From contig CAZEJB010000006.1 in NCBI GenBank assembly GCA_964512635.1, positions 1,500 to 65,499 on the forward strand: a stretch of 64,000 bases of DNA, written 5' to 3'. Positions 30,313-39,777 of this stretch are shown one piece after another. The DNA comes from an uncultured Planctomycetales bacterium. Lineage in GTDB: Bacteria > 4484-113 > JAFGCY01. The notes beneath the pieces are model-generated. The model worked only from the letters and a program-made list of their open reading frames with translations. It ran no database searches and was not told the DNA's origin. The position numbers and the translations under genes were made by a program. Numbering within the stretch: the stretch's first letter is position 1; each line of letters starts with the position of its first letter.

Positions 30313-30768
30313 TCAAGCATCCCACCTGAACCACTCAACCCACTGGTAACTCTTGGCCCCGGGCCAGCGTTTCTGTGGGTTGTTAACGATGTACTGCAGC
30401 TTTTCGATGAACTCGTTCTCGTCGCGCATGATACGGTCAAAGTACTCGCGCTGCCAGACAGCGCCAATTCGTCCGTGCTCTCGTTGCAAACGATTGGCGG
30501 TGAAGGACTTCCAGCTGTACATGATCTGCTGGATCGTATACCCGCTTCGAGGCTCCAGCAGCGCATGGCAGTGGTCATTCATCACCACATAGCCGTAAAG
30601 CTTGTAGCGCTGGCCGTCAAAATGCTTGATTGCTGATGCAACGAGCGTTCGCTCTGCAGGCTGGAGCTCACTCTGCTTCTCATGCATACGCCAGGTCAAG
30701 AAATATACCGACCCCGACAAACGCCAATGGGGCAGGTTGCGACGATAGATGAAGAAGTCCTCAGGCAT
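30313..30768 (-). mobile_element. REP-associated tyrosine transposase (RAYT, IS200-like Y1 HUH transposase)
   Basis: 151 aa. …YFLTWRMHEKQ…YVVMNDHCHALLEP…WQREYFDRIMRDENEFIEKLQYIVNNP. HUH (HCH) motif and the family-typical C-terminus. Flanked by the REP/BIME-like repeats. Confidence 0.8.
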
Positions 30769-30897
30769 GAGAGTAGCTTAGCAAATCAAATTGGGAATTG
30801 ATGCGGCGTGCATAGATATTCACAAGATCTCTTCGCCGAGACTGAGCTACCTGTAACTCAGAAGTGGGAGTTCGCGAGTAGTCGGCAGGCATTGAGG

Positions 30898-30980
30898 CCG
30901 GTAGCGCCGCACTCAGTGGCGGCGCAAAGGTGGTGATTGCTCGGTGTTGGGATCGAAAATCAACCACAAAGGGCACGAAG
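30898..30980 (+). repeat. repeat A, copy 2
   Basis: CCGGTAGCGCCGCACTCAGTGGCGGCGCAAAGGTGGTGATTGCTCGGTGTTGGGATCGAAAATCAACCACAAAGGGCACGAAG. Confidence 0.7.
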
Positions 30981-31006
30981 GGCACGAAGAAGAATCGCCG
31001 CTAGTC

Positions 31007-31092
31007 GCATCACGCCCAGTCCACGCTCCTCGATATCAGCTGCTTCGCGCCGCCACCGAGTGCGGCGCTACCGGCCTAGCCGAGTCCCGGCG
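31007..31092 (+). repeat. repeat B, copy 2 (abuts the hutU stop)
   Basis: GCATCACGCCCAGTCCACGCTCCTCGATATCAGCTGCTTCGCGCCGCCACCGAGTGCGGCGCTACCGGCCTAGCCGAGTCCCGGCG. Confidence 0.7.
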
Positions 31093-31105
31093 TCGAGGCA
31101 ATATG

Positions 31106-32794
31106 CTAAATCACCCCGCTCACCTTAGCCCCATTCTGCTTGGCATAGGTGATCGCCTCCTCGTAGCCCGCGTCGGCGTGGCGCATTACGCCCGTCCCCG
31201 GGTCGGTCGTCAGCACGCGGTGCAGCTTCTTGGCCTGCGCGTCCGTGCCGTCGGCCACCACCACCATCCCCGCGTGCAGCGAATAACCCATCCCCACCCC
31301 GCCGCCGTGGTGCACCGAGACCCAGCTGGCGCCGCTGGCCGTGTTGACCAGCGCGTTTAAGATCGGCCAGTCGGCAATCGCGTCGGAGCCGTCGAGCATG
31401 CCCTCGGTCTCGCGGTTGGGGCTGGCGACCGATCCTGCGTCGAGATGGTCGCGGCCGATCACGATCGGCGCCTTGACCTTGCCGTCGCGCACCAGGTTGT
31501 TGAACAGGATGCCGGCCAGGTCACGCTCGGCATAGCCCAGCCAGCAGATGCGGCTGGGCAGGCCCTGGAACTTGACCTTCTGCGCCGCCTTATCGAGCCA
31601 GCGGATCAGGCCTTCCTTTTCAGGGAAGAGATCCTTCAGCGCGGCGTCCGTCACCGCGATGTCCTGCGGGTCGCCACTCAGCGCGACCCAGCGGAAGGGC
31701 CCGGTGCCGGTGCAGAAGAGCGGGCGGATGTACTCCGGCACGAAGCCGGGGTACTCGAAGGCGTTGCTGAAGCCATGGGCCAGGGCCTGGCCGCGCAGGT
31801 TGTTGCCATAGTCGAAGGCCACGCTGCCCGCGCGCTGCAGGTCGACGATCGCCTGGCAGTGGATCACCATGCTGTCGAGGCTGCGCTTGATGTAGTCCTT
31901 AGGGTCGCGCTCACGCAATTCGTCGGCCTCTTCCTTGCTCAGTCCGGCGGGGTAGTAGCCGTTTAGCTCATCGTGCGCCGAGGTCTGGTCGGTCACGATA
32001 TCGATCTTCACCCCGCGCTTGACGATCTCCGGCAGCAGCTCAGCGGCATTGCCGAGCAGGCCGACCGACAACGGCTCGCGCTGAGCGCAGGCCTTCTCGC
32101 AGAGGCCCAGCGCCTCATCAAGGCTGGAGCTGTAGGTGTCGAGGTAGCCGGTGTCATAGCGGCGGCGGATGCGGTACTCGTCGATCTCGATGCACAGCGC
32201 AACGCCGTCGTTCATCGTGACGGCCAGGGGCTGGGCGCCGCCCATGCCGCCGAGGCCGGCGGTGAGGGTCAGTGTGCCGGCGAGGCTGCCGCCGAAGTGC
32301 TTGCGGGCGACCTCGGCCAGGGTCTCATAGGTGCCCTGCAGGATGCCCTGGGAACCGATGTAGATCCAGGACCCGGCGGTCATCTGGCCGTACATCGTCA
32401 GGCCCATGCGCTCGTACTCGCGGAAGTGCTCCCAGTCGGCCCACTTCGGCACCAGCAGGGAGTTGGCAAGCAGCACGCGCGGCGCCCACTCATGCGTCTG
32501 GAAGACGCCGACGGGCTTGCCGGACTGCACCAGCAGGGTCTCATCGTCGCGCAGGTCCTTGAGCAGGGCGAGAATCTTGTCGAAGCATTCCCAGTTGCGG
32601 GCGGCCTTGCCGGTGCCGCCATAGACGATCAGCTCGCTGGGCTTCTCGGCCACCTCAGGGCTGACGTTGTGCTGCAGCATGCGGTAGGCGGCTTCCTGGA
32701 CCCAGCCGCGGCAGTGCAGGCGCGGCCCGGTGGGCGGATGCACGATGCGCGGGGCGTGTTCTTCGGTGGCGGGATCGTCGTGGCGGAAAGACAT
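31106..32794 (-). CDS. hutU: urocanate hydratase
   Basis: 562 aa, full-length urocanase signature (…[17 protein letters not shown]…[25 protein letters not shown]…). Confidence 0.95.
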   Translation of the reverse strand: MSFRHDDPATEEHAPRIVHPPTGPRLHCRGWVQEAAYRMLQHNVSPEVAEKPSELIVYGGTGKAARNWECFDKILALLKDLRDDETLLVQSGKPVGVFQTHEWAPRVLLANSLLVPKWADWEHFREYERMGLTMYGQMTAGSWIYIGSQGILQGTYETLAEVARKHFGGSLAGTLTLTAGLGGMGGAQPLAVTMNDGVALCIEIDEYRIRRRYDTGYLDTYSSSLDEALGLCEKACAQREPLSVGLLGNAAELLPEIVKRGVKIDIVTDQTSAHDELNGYYPAGLSKEEADELRERDPKDYIKRSLDSMVIHCQAIVDLQRAGSVAFDYGNNLRGQALAHGFSNAFEYPGFVPEYIRPLFCTGTGPFRWVALSGDPQDIAVTDAALKDLFPEKEGLIRWLDKAAQKVKFQGLPSRICWLGYAERDLAGILFNNLVRDGKVKAPIVIGRDHLDAGSVASPNRETEGMLDGSDAIADWPILNALVNTASGASWVSVHHGGGVGMGYSLHAGMVVVADGTDAQAKKLHRVLTTDPGTGVMRHADAGYEEAITYAKQNGAKVSGVI

Positions 32795-32816
32795 GCAGGC
32801 ATTTTAGCGGGCGCGG

Positions 32817-33209
32817 CTAACGCGGTGTGATGTTGAGCGTGATCAACCCGCCCTGGACCAGTGCTTTGTAGGAGAAAACCATCAGATAGCGCTTGTTGCG
32901 GCTTTCATAGGCAATCCCCTTGTCGGCAATGGGGTTGGCGTCGCTGACCTGTGAAAGTTTGTGCATGCCATTGCTGCGCGAGAGCGTGGCCAGATAGCGC
33001 ACGAAGCCTGCTTCATCGGTGGGAACCGTGCCCGTGTAGAACCAGTAATTGGGCATTTCGACGCCCTTCTGATACTCCGAACCCGGAGGCAGGTAAAGGT
33101 CCTCCACCGGGCAGTCGGCAACCAGCACCGAACCTGGCGGCGGGCCGGAGGTGCAGCCGCTCAGCAGCAAAATCCAGACGAAGAACAAAGTGATTCCAGC
33201 GTTGCGCAT
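32817..33209 (-). CDS. lipoprotein, hypothetical
   Basis: MRNAGITLFFVWILLLSGCTSG lipobox. 130 aa. Confidence 0.6.
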   Translation of the reverse strand: MRNAGITLFFVWILLLSGCTSGPPPGSVLVADCPVEDLYLPPGSEYQKGVEMPNYWFYTGTVPTDEAGFVRYLATLSRSNGMHKLSQVSDANPIADKGIAYESRNKRYLMVFSYKALVQGGLITLNITPR

Positions 33210-33241
33210 CTGCTGATTCTAGCCCTTGCGCCGCAGACGGG

Positions 33242-34561
33242 CTACTGAGCAGTCGGATCCTCGACCCGGCCCATGAAGAGGATGGCACCGCTCGCCTTGT
33301 CGCGGATCAGGAAGAGGAAGGGATGATCGGCGATGAAAGTTATGGGGTTCATCGCCGCTCCCGTGGGGCGCATAACGATGCCGCTGGCGGCGGCGGCTTC
33401 CGTGCCTTCCTCGTTGACCTCAACAAAGGCCTGATGGACAGCTGCGCCGATCTTGAGGTCCTTGCCGCCGGTCATGCCGCTGAAGTCCGCGTCATCGCTG
33501 AAAGCGGTCGGCATGCCAAGGGCGGCCAGCGTTTCGTTCAGCTCAAACTTGCTCTTGAAGGTGAAACGCGGGATCTGGACGATGACGTTCTTGCTGGCGA
33601 GTCCGGCGTCCACCCGGGAAATCAGCTCCGCGCCGAGCGCCGCGTCCAGCGCGGCAAGGTCATCAGCCTTGGGCAGTAGCATCAGCATGGCCAGGCGATC
33701 GCCCTCGTAAGGCAGTTCCAGCGCCTTGAGCATTTCGTCTTCAAAATAGCGATAGTCCTTGTCTTCGCCGGCAGGGATCATGAAACGGGCGTTGACCGCT
33801 CCCGCGGGGCGCCGGAAGCTCTGGTCAAAGGTGCGCTCGGGGTCGAACTGCCGTGCCCAGCGGCCCTTGAAGAAGATCGCGTTGGCCAGCACCAGGCGGG
33901 TATCGGGACGGATCACGCCTTCCTGGAACAGGTCCTTGATGCGGTCGTTGGTGCGCTGGGCCACCCACTTGTTGATCATCTCGCGGGAATCCTCAGCGTG
34001 GTTCTGGAAGTCCATAGTGGCGGCCTCGCTGGCATAGCGGTCTTTCAGCACCGCGACGTATTCCGGCAGCAGCGCGAAGTCCTGCTGGGACCAGATGCCG
34101 TTGGCCACCGCAAGCTGATAGGGCGCCTTCTGCGGGTTCAAGCTGTTGTGCAGCGCGGCCACCGCCGGCTGGCGCTGCGTCCCGGAGGCAGGGAACTTGA
34201 TGACGCTCTGAATCTCATCGGCGGTGCTTCCCGCTGCGCCTTCATAAACCATGGAAATCGCTGTGGCCAGGCTGTAGGGCGAAAAGAACAGGTTGCCGGG
34301 TTCGGCCTTGACTTCCCTGTACAGGCGCAGTCCGAACTGATTGATGCCGCCAGCGACTTCCTTCAGCGCCTCTGCAGTTGACCCCTTGTCGTCGGCCATG
34401 GCAACCCCCTTGCTCTTGGTTTTCTCCTGGCCATGCTCTTTGCTGGCCGCCTTTTCCTTGTCCGATGGCCGCCCGGCCTGAACCTGCTTGAGGCAGCCGG
34501 TAGCCAGCAGCAGTGCTGTGGCCGCAACCGCGATAAACAGATAGAGCGAACGGCTTGGCAT
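33242..34561 (-). CDS. serpin-family protease inhibitor, secreted/lipoprotein
   Basis: AGGAGG Shine-Dalgarno sequence plus ATG at 34561. Signal peptide LLLATGC. Serpin body and hinge/reactive-loop region …EVNEEGTEAAAASGIVMRPTGAAMNPITFIADHPFLFLIRD…. Confidence 0.85.
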   Translation of the reverse strand: MPSRSLYLFIAVAATALLLATGCLKQVQAGRPSDKEKAASKEHGQEKTKSKGVAMADDKGSTAEALKEVAGGINQFGLRLYREVKAEPGNLFFSPYSLATAISMVYEGAAGSTADEIQSVIKFPASGTQRQPAVAALHNSLNPQKAPYQLAVANGIWSQQDFALLPEYVAVLKDRYASEAATMDFQNHAEDSREMINKWVAQRTNDRIKDLFQEGVIRPDTRLVLANAIFFKGRWARQFDPERTFDQSFRRPAGAVNARFMIPAGEDKDYRYFEDEMLKALELPYEGDRLAMLMLLPKADDLAALDAALGAELISRVDAGLASKNVIVQIPRFTFKSKFELNETLAALGMPTAFSDDADFSGMTGGKDLKIGAAVHQAFVEVNEEGTEAAAASGIVMRPTGAAMNPITFIADHPFLFLIRDKASGAILFMGRVEDPTAQ

Positions 34562-34683
34562 GGGGGCCTCCTGCGCCTTAACCCGGCAGCGCGCCAATTA
34601 TGACTGTCGGCCGCTTGTGCTGGTTCAATCAGACCTGCCGCCGCGGGAAGGAGACCAATGAGACAGCCCTGATCAGTGAGATG

Positions 34684-35013
34684 CTACTTTGCCGGCAGGC
34701 TGGCGGCGAAGCCGAGGGCGCGCTGCACCCAGGCCTGCAGCTCGGCATCAGTCTCCACACCCGCAGCGTCGACAAAAAGCATGCTCTTGAGCACCTTGCC
34801 GGTGAAGTCCATCGGGCGGGTGTGCGGCTCTTCGAGCGCAGCGGCGGTAAGCTCATTGCCCAGGCGCAGCATCAGTTCATCGCCGGCCACTCCGCAGGCC
34901 ATATTGCCGTTAACCATGAAGCAGACGCCGCCAAACATGCGCCTTTCGCTGACGCCGGGCTGGTCGGCGAGCAGAACGCGGATGCGCTCAACGAGCAGTT
35001 CATCGCAGGCCAT
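34684..35013 (-). CDS. TfoX N-terminal domain protein
   Basis: 109 aa. …RRMFGGVCFMVNGNMACGVAGDELMLRLG… The start ATG overlaps the stop of the upstream small gene (TGATG). Confidence 0.65.
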   Translation of the reverse strand: MACDELLVERIRVLLADQPGVSERRMFGGVCFMVNGNMACGVAGDELMLRLGNELTAAALEEPHTRPMDFTGKVLKSMLFVDAAGVETDAELQAWVQRALGFAASLPAK

Positions 35014-35189
35014 CAGACGTCCCCGCCTTCACCTTCGCTGTGGGGAGAGTCGCCAGGGCCGAAAACATCGTCGTCATGAGTGAACTCGTCACCGTCGAGG
35101 CCGCCCACGCAGCAGCAGGAGGCCAGCAGCGCGATGACTAACACCGCGCAAAGCAGCAGGATATGGCAAAGCCGTGTGAAAGATCGCAT
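35013..35189 (-). CDS. tiny acidic lipopeptide, paralog A (58 aa), not in the ORF track
   Basis: MRSFTRLCHILLLCAVLVIALLASCCCVGGLDGDEFTHDDDVFGPGDSPHSEGEGGDV. Lipobox LASC. Confidence 0.5.
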   Translation of the reverse strand: MRSFTRLCHILLLCAVLVIALLASCCCVGGLDGDEFTHDDDVFGPGDSPHSEGEGGDV

Positions 35190-35305
35190 GCCAGGATACT
35201 AAGCCACCGCCTGCACAAAGACAAGCCCGGTGGGCTGGCGCTCGGCCCTGTTCCGATTGTGGGACTTAACTTAACCCGAGGGAATCTGGATGCATCAAGG
35301 ACAGA

Positions 35306-35449
35306 CTAAGCGTCGCCGCCGGTGCCTTCGTTGTGCGGGATCGGGTTGAAGTCGTCGTCATCGCCTGAGCTGTCGCCGCAGCAGCCGCCCAGGCAGAAGA
35401 TGAGGCCGATCAGGGCCAGAGCCGTGGTGAGATAACGCCATGTGTTCAT
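35306..35449 (-). CDS. tiny acidic lipopeptide, paralog B (47 aa)
   Basis: GGAGG plus ATG. MNTWRYLTTALALIGLIFCLGGCCGDSSGDDDDFNPIPHNEGTGGDA. Confidence 0.55.
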   Translation of the reverse strand: MNTWRYLTTALALIGLIFCLGGCCGDSSGDDDDFNPIPHNEGTGGDA

Positions 35450-35551
35450 TTCAGTCCTCCCGGAAGTTATATCGCGCCAGGAGCAAGCCTAAACAGGACT
35501 GAACCATTAATTAACTATCTTGTGCGGCAGCTGCCAGAGGCCCAACCACGA

Positions 35552-35695
35552 CTACACGTCGCCGGCATTGCCTTCGTTATGCGGGTCCGGGTTGATGTTG
35601 TCATCATCGAAGATGCCCGAGAGACAGCAGCTGCCAAGCAGGCTGAGGCCAAGCAGCAGGAGCATCAGCGTTAAGTGGGTACGTAGAGTGTGCAT
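35552..35695 (-). CDS. tiny acidic lipopeptide, paralog C (47 aa)
   Basis: GGAGG plus ATG. MHTLRTHLTLMLLLLGLSLLGSCCLSGIFDDDNINPDPHNEGNAGDV. Confidence 0.55.
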   Translation of the reverse strand: MHTLRTHLTLMLLLLGLSLLGSCCLSGIFDDDNINPDPHNEGNAGDV

Positions 35696-35750
35696 TAAAT
35701 ACCTCCGCTCACTCAGACCCGCCTGAGAGCAGAAAGGTTGGCGAAAGCCT

Positions 35751-35784
35751 CAAAGAAAGCAAAAGGGGCAGCCGTGGCTGCCCC
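35751..35784 (-). terminator. rho-independent terminator after lipopeptide D
   Basis: Perfect 8-bp stem GGGGCAGC/GCTGCCCC (35765-35772/35777-35784), followed on the minus strand by TTTTGCTTTCTTT. Confidence 0.55.
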
Positions 35785-35811
35785 AGTGTCGTTCTGACTG
35801 ATGTCGAGAGA

Positions 35812-35961
35812 CTAGGCGTCGCCGCCGGTACCCTCGTTGTGCGGAAGCGGATTGAAGTCGTCGTCGTCATCATCCGTTCCGCCAAGGCAGCAGCAGCTGG
35901 CCAGAGAAACCAGCAACATCGCCGCTACCAGACCTTTCACAAGCCACGCGAGCTTACTCAT
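35812..35961 (-). CDS. tiny acidic lipopeptide, paralog D (49 aa)
   Basis: GGAGGG plus ATG. MSKLAWLVKGLVAAMLLVSLASCCCLGGTDDDDDDFNPLPHNEGTGGDA. Differs from paralog B mostly at synonymous sites in the C-terminal motif. Confidence 0.55.
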   Translation of the reverse strand: MSKLAWLVKGLVAAMLLVSLASCCCLGGTDDDDDDFNPLPHNEGTGGDA

Positions 35962-36000
35962 ACTCAACCCTCCAAAAAACCTGGTCCATCGAGAGAAACG

Positions 36001-36036
36001 AACTAATGAACCAGAGGGCAGTTTCCCACCCTCTGG
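36001..36036 (-). terminator. hairpin plus T-rich tract after lipopeptide E
   Basis: 8-bp stem CCAGAGGG/CCCTCTGG (36011-36018/36029-36036), followed on the minus strand by TTCATTAGTT. Confidence 0.4.
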
Positions 36037-36068
36037 TTCATTACATTCTTGTGTTAACCAGCGCAGGG

Positions 36069-36227
36069 TTAGGCGTCGCCGCCCACGCCCTCATTGTGCT
36101 GACCCGGACCGAAAATATCGGTGTCGCTCGGGTCATCATCAGTGCCGCCGGTGCAGCAGCAGCTCGCCAGCGCCAGCAAAAGAACTGACACGGCGATGCC
36201 CTTGAGGATGCTGTCCAAGACCTTCAT
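36069..36227 (-). CDS. tiny acidic lipopeptide, paralog E (52 aa)
   Basis: GGAGG plus ATG. MKVLDSILKGIAVSVLLLALASCCCTGGTDDDPSDTDIFGPGQHNEGVGGDA. Confidence 0.55.
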   Translation of the reverse strand: MKVLDSILKGIAVSVLLLALASCCCTGGTDDDPSDTDIFGPGQHNEGVGGDA

Positions 36228-36862
36228 ACGTCCTCCACGATGGAAAGCTGAGGGTGATTATAGAACAGGATATAGCGATTTGAGAAGTGCAAGACGTCCA
36301 AAATCGGCAGGCCTTCCCCCGTCCTGTTCCCACACCGGCAAGCCGGTATGGTTCGCGCATTATAGCGCAGCGCGTGGTCATTGGTGATGAACTTGGGATA
36401 AATCGACCTATGCTCCCCGCGCAGGGCTATTTTCGGCCTGCTGCGGCCCGGCTTGAGCCCCCGTCTCAGCGGCACAGAAATATCAGCCTGTGGCTGGCTT
36501 TTGTCAGCGCAGGCGGATTCGCGCGTTGGGAAAATCTCAATTCCTGAGGAAAGTCAGTTCTGGTCAGTCAAATGTGACGAATGAAACTATGGGCTGGATG
36601 CCATGCCGAATTGTCGCTGCCGGACAACAGGGGCTTGCCTGGACAACCACAGTTACTTCCGGTGTCCTATGAGGTCGTCTGGAAGCCACGGCAAGCCATT
36701 GAGCATCCTTGAAAGCTCAGGCCTGTTGACAATAGAGGGAACACACGGTCAAACCACTACCTGAAAGCTGCTGAGAGCCATGTAGCGGGCTTGAAGGCAT
36801 TTGTGGTTCAATGCGCCCCGCACAAGAGTCCGGCACGAGATTCCGGGGCCGGCTTCAGGCAT

Positions 36863-38179
36863 TTACCACTCAGTGGAAGCAGCCTTGTCCAGACGGTCGC
36901 GGGCCTCGTCAAACATCCCGGAACCCTTGGTGCCGACTTCCTCGCTGGCAGCGGCCTGAAGATAGATCTGGATGTTGTAGACATGGATCCGCTGGCCGTT
37001 GACCCAGTCGAACTCGTCGCCATAAACCGGGCGGTACTGGCAGCGCGGTAACAGCTGCTCAATCGCCTGGCTGATGATCGAGTCCGGGTTGACCTTGCCA
37101 TCCCGCAGGTCCTTGATGCTGGGCTGCTTAATCAGCGCCTGCAGGCGGCTGGTCAGATAGGCGTCGTAGTTGCCGTTGCGGTCGCGGACGCTGACGCTGA
37201 CCGGCAGCCAGGCGCCGGCGGCGGGCACCAGCGCCTCTGTTGGCGTGCCCTGTCCGCGCCCAATGCCAAGCGAGGTCAGATAGGCCCGGGTGCCGTCACG
37301 CAGACCGGCCTGCTCAGACTCGGTCAGCTCTTTGTAAGGCTGCATCTTGATGGCCAGATCGCTGGGCCAGGCTGGAACGGTGAAGCTGAACTCTTCGTCT
37401 TCCAGGGCCTGCTGGGCTTCAACCGGCGAGACGAAGCGGCTGTCAAGCACCTGGATTTCGCGGGCCGTTGTGCTGAGCGCACCGCTGAGCCCATACGCGA
37501 TCTGGTCGGCGTGACGAGCAGCGATCTGCGCGGGGCTGTTATCCGGCTGTTGCCCGACATAGGCCTCGCCCTGCGGGCGCAGGCGAGAGACCAGCATCCC
37601 CACCGGACTGACCCGGCGGGTGGTCTCGACCAGGGCGGACTGGGAGAACATCGGCTCCAGGCCACCACGGCCGTGGACGATCACCAGTTGACGCAGGCGC
37701 TCTTCCAGCTTGCTGCGGCTGGTGTCAAAGGCTGTAGCGTTAATACGCAGGTGTCCTGAGCCACCTTCCGGCGCCTGCAGGTCAGTCGCACCGACCGGGC
37801 TGAAACTGGCGCTGAGGATGGTTCCACGCGGCTCGTTCTTCAGCAGCTCGGAATAAAGCTCAGAAGCCTCGCGGCGGCTGAGGTCCTTTTCGAAGCCCAT
37901 CTGCAGGGCCAGAATTGAGCTGCGCATGGGCAGCCAGGGGGCAAGCAGCAGGGCCAGCACCAGGACTGCGGCAGCAGCGCCGCCGACGGCCTTGCCGCCC
38001 GGCTTGCTGCGCGGCAGCGGGCCCATGGTCTGGGCCTTGAACAGAATGCTCTTTACGGAGGGCGCGCCCGCGGCGAAGGCCGCGAAGTCAAGGTCCTTGC
38101 GCGCGTTGCCCAGCGGGTCAGGCCCGCTGTACAGATCCTCCTCGTGCACGTCTTTCAGATCTTTTCCCAGCAGCATCAT
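36863..38179 (-). CDS. membrane protein co-transcribed with the ECF sigma factor (putative anti-sigma factor)
   Basis: 438 aa. Its start overlaps the stop of the ECF sigma gene (ATGA). N-terminal cytoplasmic segment, one transmembrane helix (AVGGAAAAVLVLALLLAPWL), and a large periplasmic domain. Confidence 0.6.
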   Translation of the reverse strand: MMLLGKDLKDVHEEDLYSGPDPLGNARKDLDFAAFAAGAPSVKSILFKAQTMGPLPRSKPGGKAVGGAAAAVLVLALLLAPWLPMRSSILALQMGFEKDLSRREASELYSELLKNEPRGTILSASFSPVGATDLQAPEGGSGHLRINATAFDTSRSKLEERLRQLVIVHGRGGLEPMFSQSALVETTRRVSPVGMLVSRLRPQGEAYVGQQPDNSPAQIAARHADQIAYGLSGALSTTAREIQVLDSRFVSPVEAQQALEDEEFSFTVPAWPSDLAIKMQPYKELTESEQAGLRDGTRAYLTSLGIGRGQGTPTEALVPAAGAWLPVSVSVRDRNGNYDAYLTSRLQALIKQPSIKDLRDGKVNPDSIISQAIEQLLPRCQYRPVYGDEFDWVNGQRIHVYNIQIYLQAAASEEVGTKGSGMFDEARDRLDKAASTEW

Positions 38180-38736
38180 TGCTGCACCTCAAAATCCGGG
38201 CCAAGAATCTCAAGCAGCTTCTTGCGGGCCCGGTGAACTCGAACCTTCACCGCGCCAGCGGTGAGGCCCATGATTTGAGCAACTTCTTCAAGTGAATAGC
38301 CTTCCAGCGCCGTCAGAGCCAGGGGCAGGCGCAGCTGCTCCGGCAGGCTGTCGAGGGCGCGGAAAACCTGGCGGCTCTCCAGCTTGCGGCCGGGGTTGCC
38401 GTGCATCGGATAACGCTCGAGGCGCTCCCAGAGCACGCCGTCCCCTCCATAATCGGCCACATCAAGCTGACGCTTGCGTCCGCGGCAATGGTCGATATGC
38501 AGGTTGCGCATCAGGCGCATGAACCACCAGTGGAAGCGCGTGGGGTCTTTGAGCTTGTCGTAGGCCTTGATGGCACGGGCGACACTTTCGGCCAGCAGAT
38601 CCTCGGCGTCCTCGCGGCGGCCGCAAAGATAAAGCGCCAGACGCCAGGCCTGCTGGTGCACTTCTTCATAGTGCGCCACGAAGGCCTCGTTGCGGGCGGC
38701 CACCGAATCACTGCGTGTTAGCGCCAAGGCGATCAC
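38176..38736 (-). CDS. ECF-family RNA polymerase sigma factor (sigma-70 regions 2 and 4)
   Basis: …AFVAHYEEVHQQAWRLALYLCGRREDAEDLLAESVARAIKAYDKL… and …LPEQLRLPLALTALEGYSLEEVAQIMGLTAGAVKVRVHRARKKL. Confidence 0.85.
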   Translation of the reverse strand: MIALALTRSDSVAARNEAFVAHYEEVHQQAWRLALYLCGRREDAEDLLAESVARAIKAYDKLKDPTRFHWWFMRLMRNLHIDHCRGRKRQLDVADYGGDGVLWERLERYPMHGNPGRKLESRQVFRALDSLPEQLRLPLALTALEGYSLEEVAQIMGLTAGAVKVRVHRARKKLLEILGPDFEVQQ

Positions 38737-38812
38737 ATTCTACCCAGACGCCATGACCGCGGGACGGTTACATATATGTATGGCGAATACGCGAGAAATT
38801 TTGACTATTGCG

Positions 38813-39736
38813 CTAGTCTGGGTCGCAGCAGCGTGCAATGATCCGCTCAACTTCCGCCGGCATGGCCCCGCCCTGCTCTGTCAGGCTGCCATAGAGCTCC
38901 GACGCCCGTCGAGCGGCTTTGCAGGCGCGGGGGCGATCCCCCATGACTTCATAAGCCAGAGCCTCGTTAAAGGCCAGATCCGGATCTGCAGCCTGGCCGA
39001 GTTTAAGCCTGGTATTCTCGGCTTCGCGATAGGCTTCGAGCGCTTCTTCGAGACGACCGGCCTCCTTGAGCAGCACCCCGCGATTCATCGGCAGATCGGG
39101 GTCAGGCGGCAAACCGGCAGCAGCCCGCAGCTCGGCCGCGCGGGTCAACTTTTGCAGAGCTTCGTCGCGGCGTCCAAGTGCAATCAACACCGCGCCGCGA
39201 TTCTTGATGAGAGAAAAGCCAGGCTCATCGCCCTGCGAGATGGTCTGGGCCTCGGATTCGTCATAGAAGCGAATGGCGGTGTCATAGTTGCCCATCCGAA
39301 CATGGCAGTTACCGGCATTCATGGTCAGCCCCGGGTCGGGCAACAGCCCCTGGCTCAGCCGCTCCTCCTGGCCCTGGCGGTAACTCTCCAGCGCCTCACG
39401 GTGCAGCTCCAGGGAGGCCAGAATATTGCCGCGATTCTTGAATATCTCAGGGTCGGGCAGCAGGCCCTGTTCCCTGCGCATGGATTCAGCTTCAGTCAGC
39501 GCCAGCAGCGCTTCATCAAGCTCCCCAAGCTGGGCCAGCGCCAGGGCGCGCAGCCGCTGCAGCTCAGGATCCGCCGGCAGGCCATCTTTCAGAAGCTTTT
39601 CCTGCCGGGCGTCGATCTCCTCCAGAGAGGGAATGTCATCGCCAATGATGTTCATGCGCTGGCGAGTATAGCGTCTCAGGAGCGCAGAGGGCCGCAGACG
39701 CGCCCACTGCCGCGGTAACATGGCCCGAGCAGCCAC
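38813..39736 (-). CDS. tetratricopeptide-repeat protein
   Basis: Repeated …ALxxYRxAExxRxxxGLxPDPDLxxNRGxxL… TPR units. 307 aa. Confidence 0.75.
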   Translation of the reverse strand: MAARAMLPRQWARLRPSALLRRYTRQRMNIIGDDIPSLEEIDARQEKLLKDGLPADPELQRLRALALAQLGELDEALLALTEAESMRREQGLLPDPEIFKNRGNILASLELHREALESYRQGQEERLSQGLLPDPGLTMNAGNCHVRMGNYDTAIRFYDESEAQTISQGDEPGFSLIKNRGAVLIALGRRDEALQKLTRAAELRAAAGLPPDPDLPMNRGVLLKEAGRLEEALEAYREAENTRLKLGQAADPDLAFNEALAYEVMGDRPRACKAARRASELYGSLTEQGGAMPAEVERIIARCCDPD

Positions 39737-39777
39737 GGGCTAGATTAGATTCAGTCTCAGTCTGGTAGTAGGTAGGG

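Noticed and set aside
30944-31360. 138-aa plus-strand ORF starting inside repeat A2
   Set aside because: It reads through the REP-like repeats and then runs antisense to the hutU 3' end. It is an artefact of repeat and shadow frames
35520-36205. Plus-strand ORFs 35520..35726, 35837..36205 and 36006..36188
   Set aside because: They are antisense to the five small lipopeptide genes. The minus-strand mini-ORFs have Shine-Dalgarno sequences, a conserved protein motif and synonymous-site divergence, whereas the plus-strand ORFs have none of these
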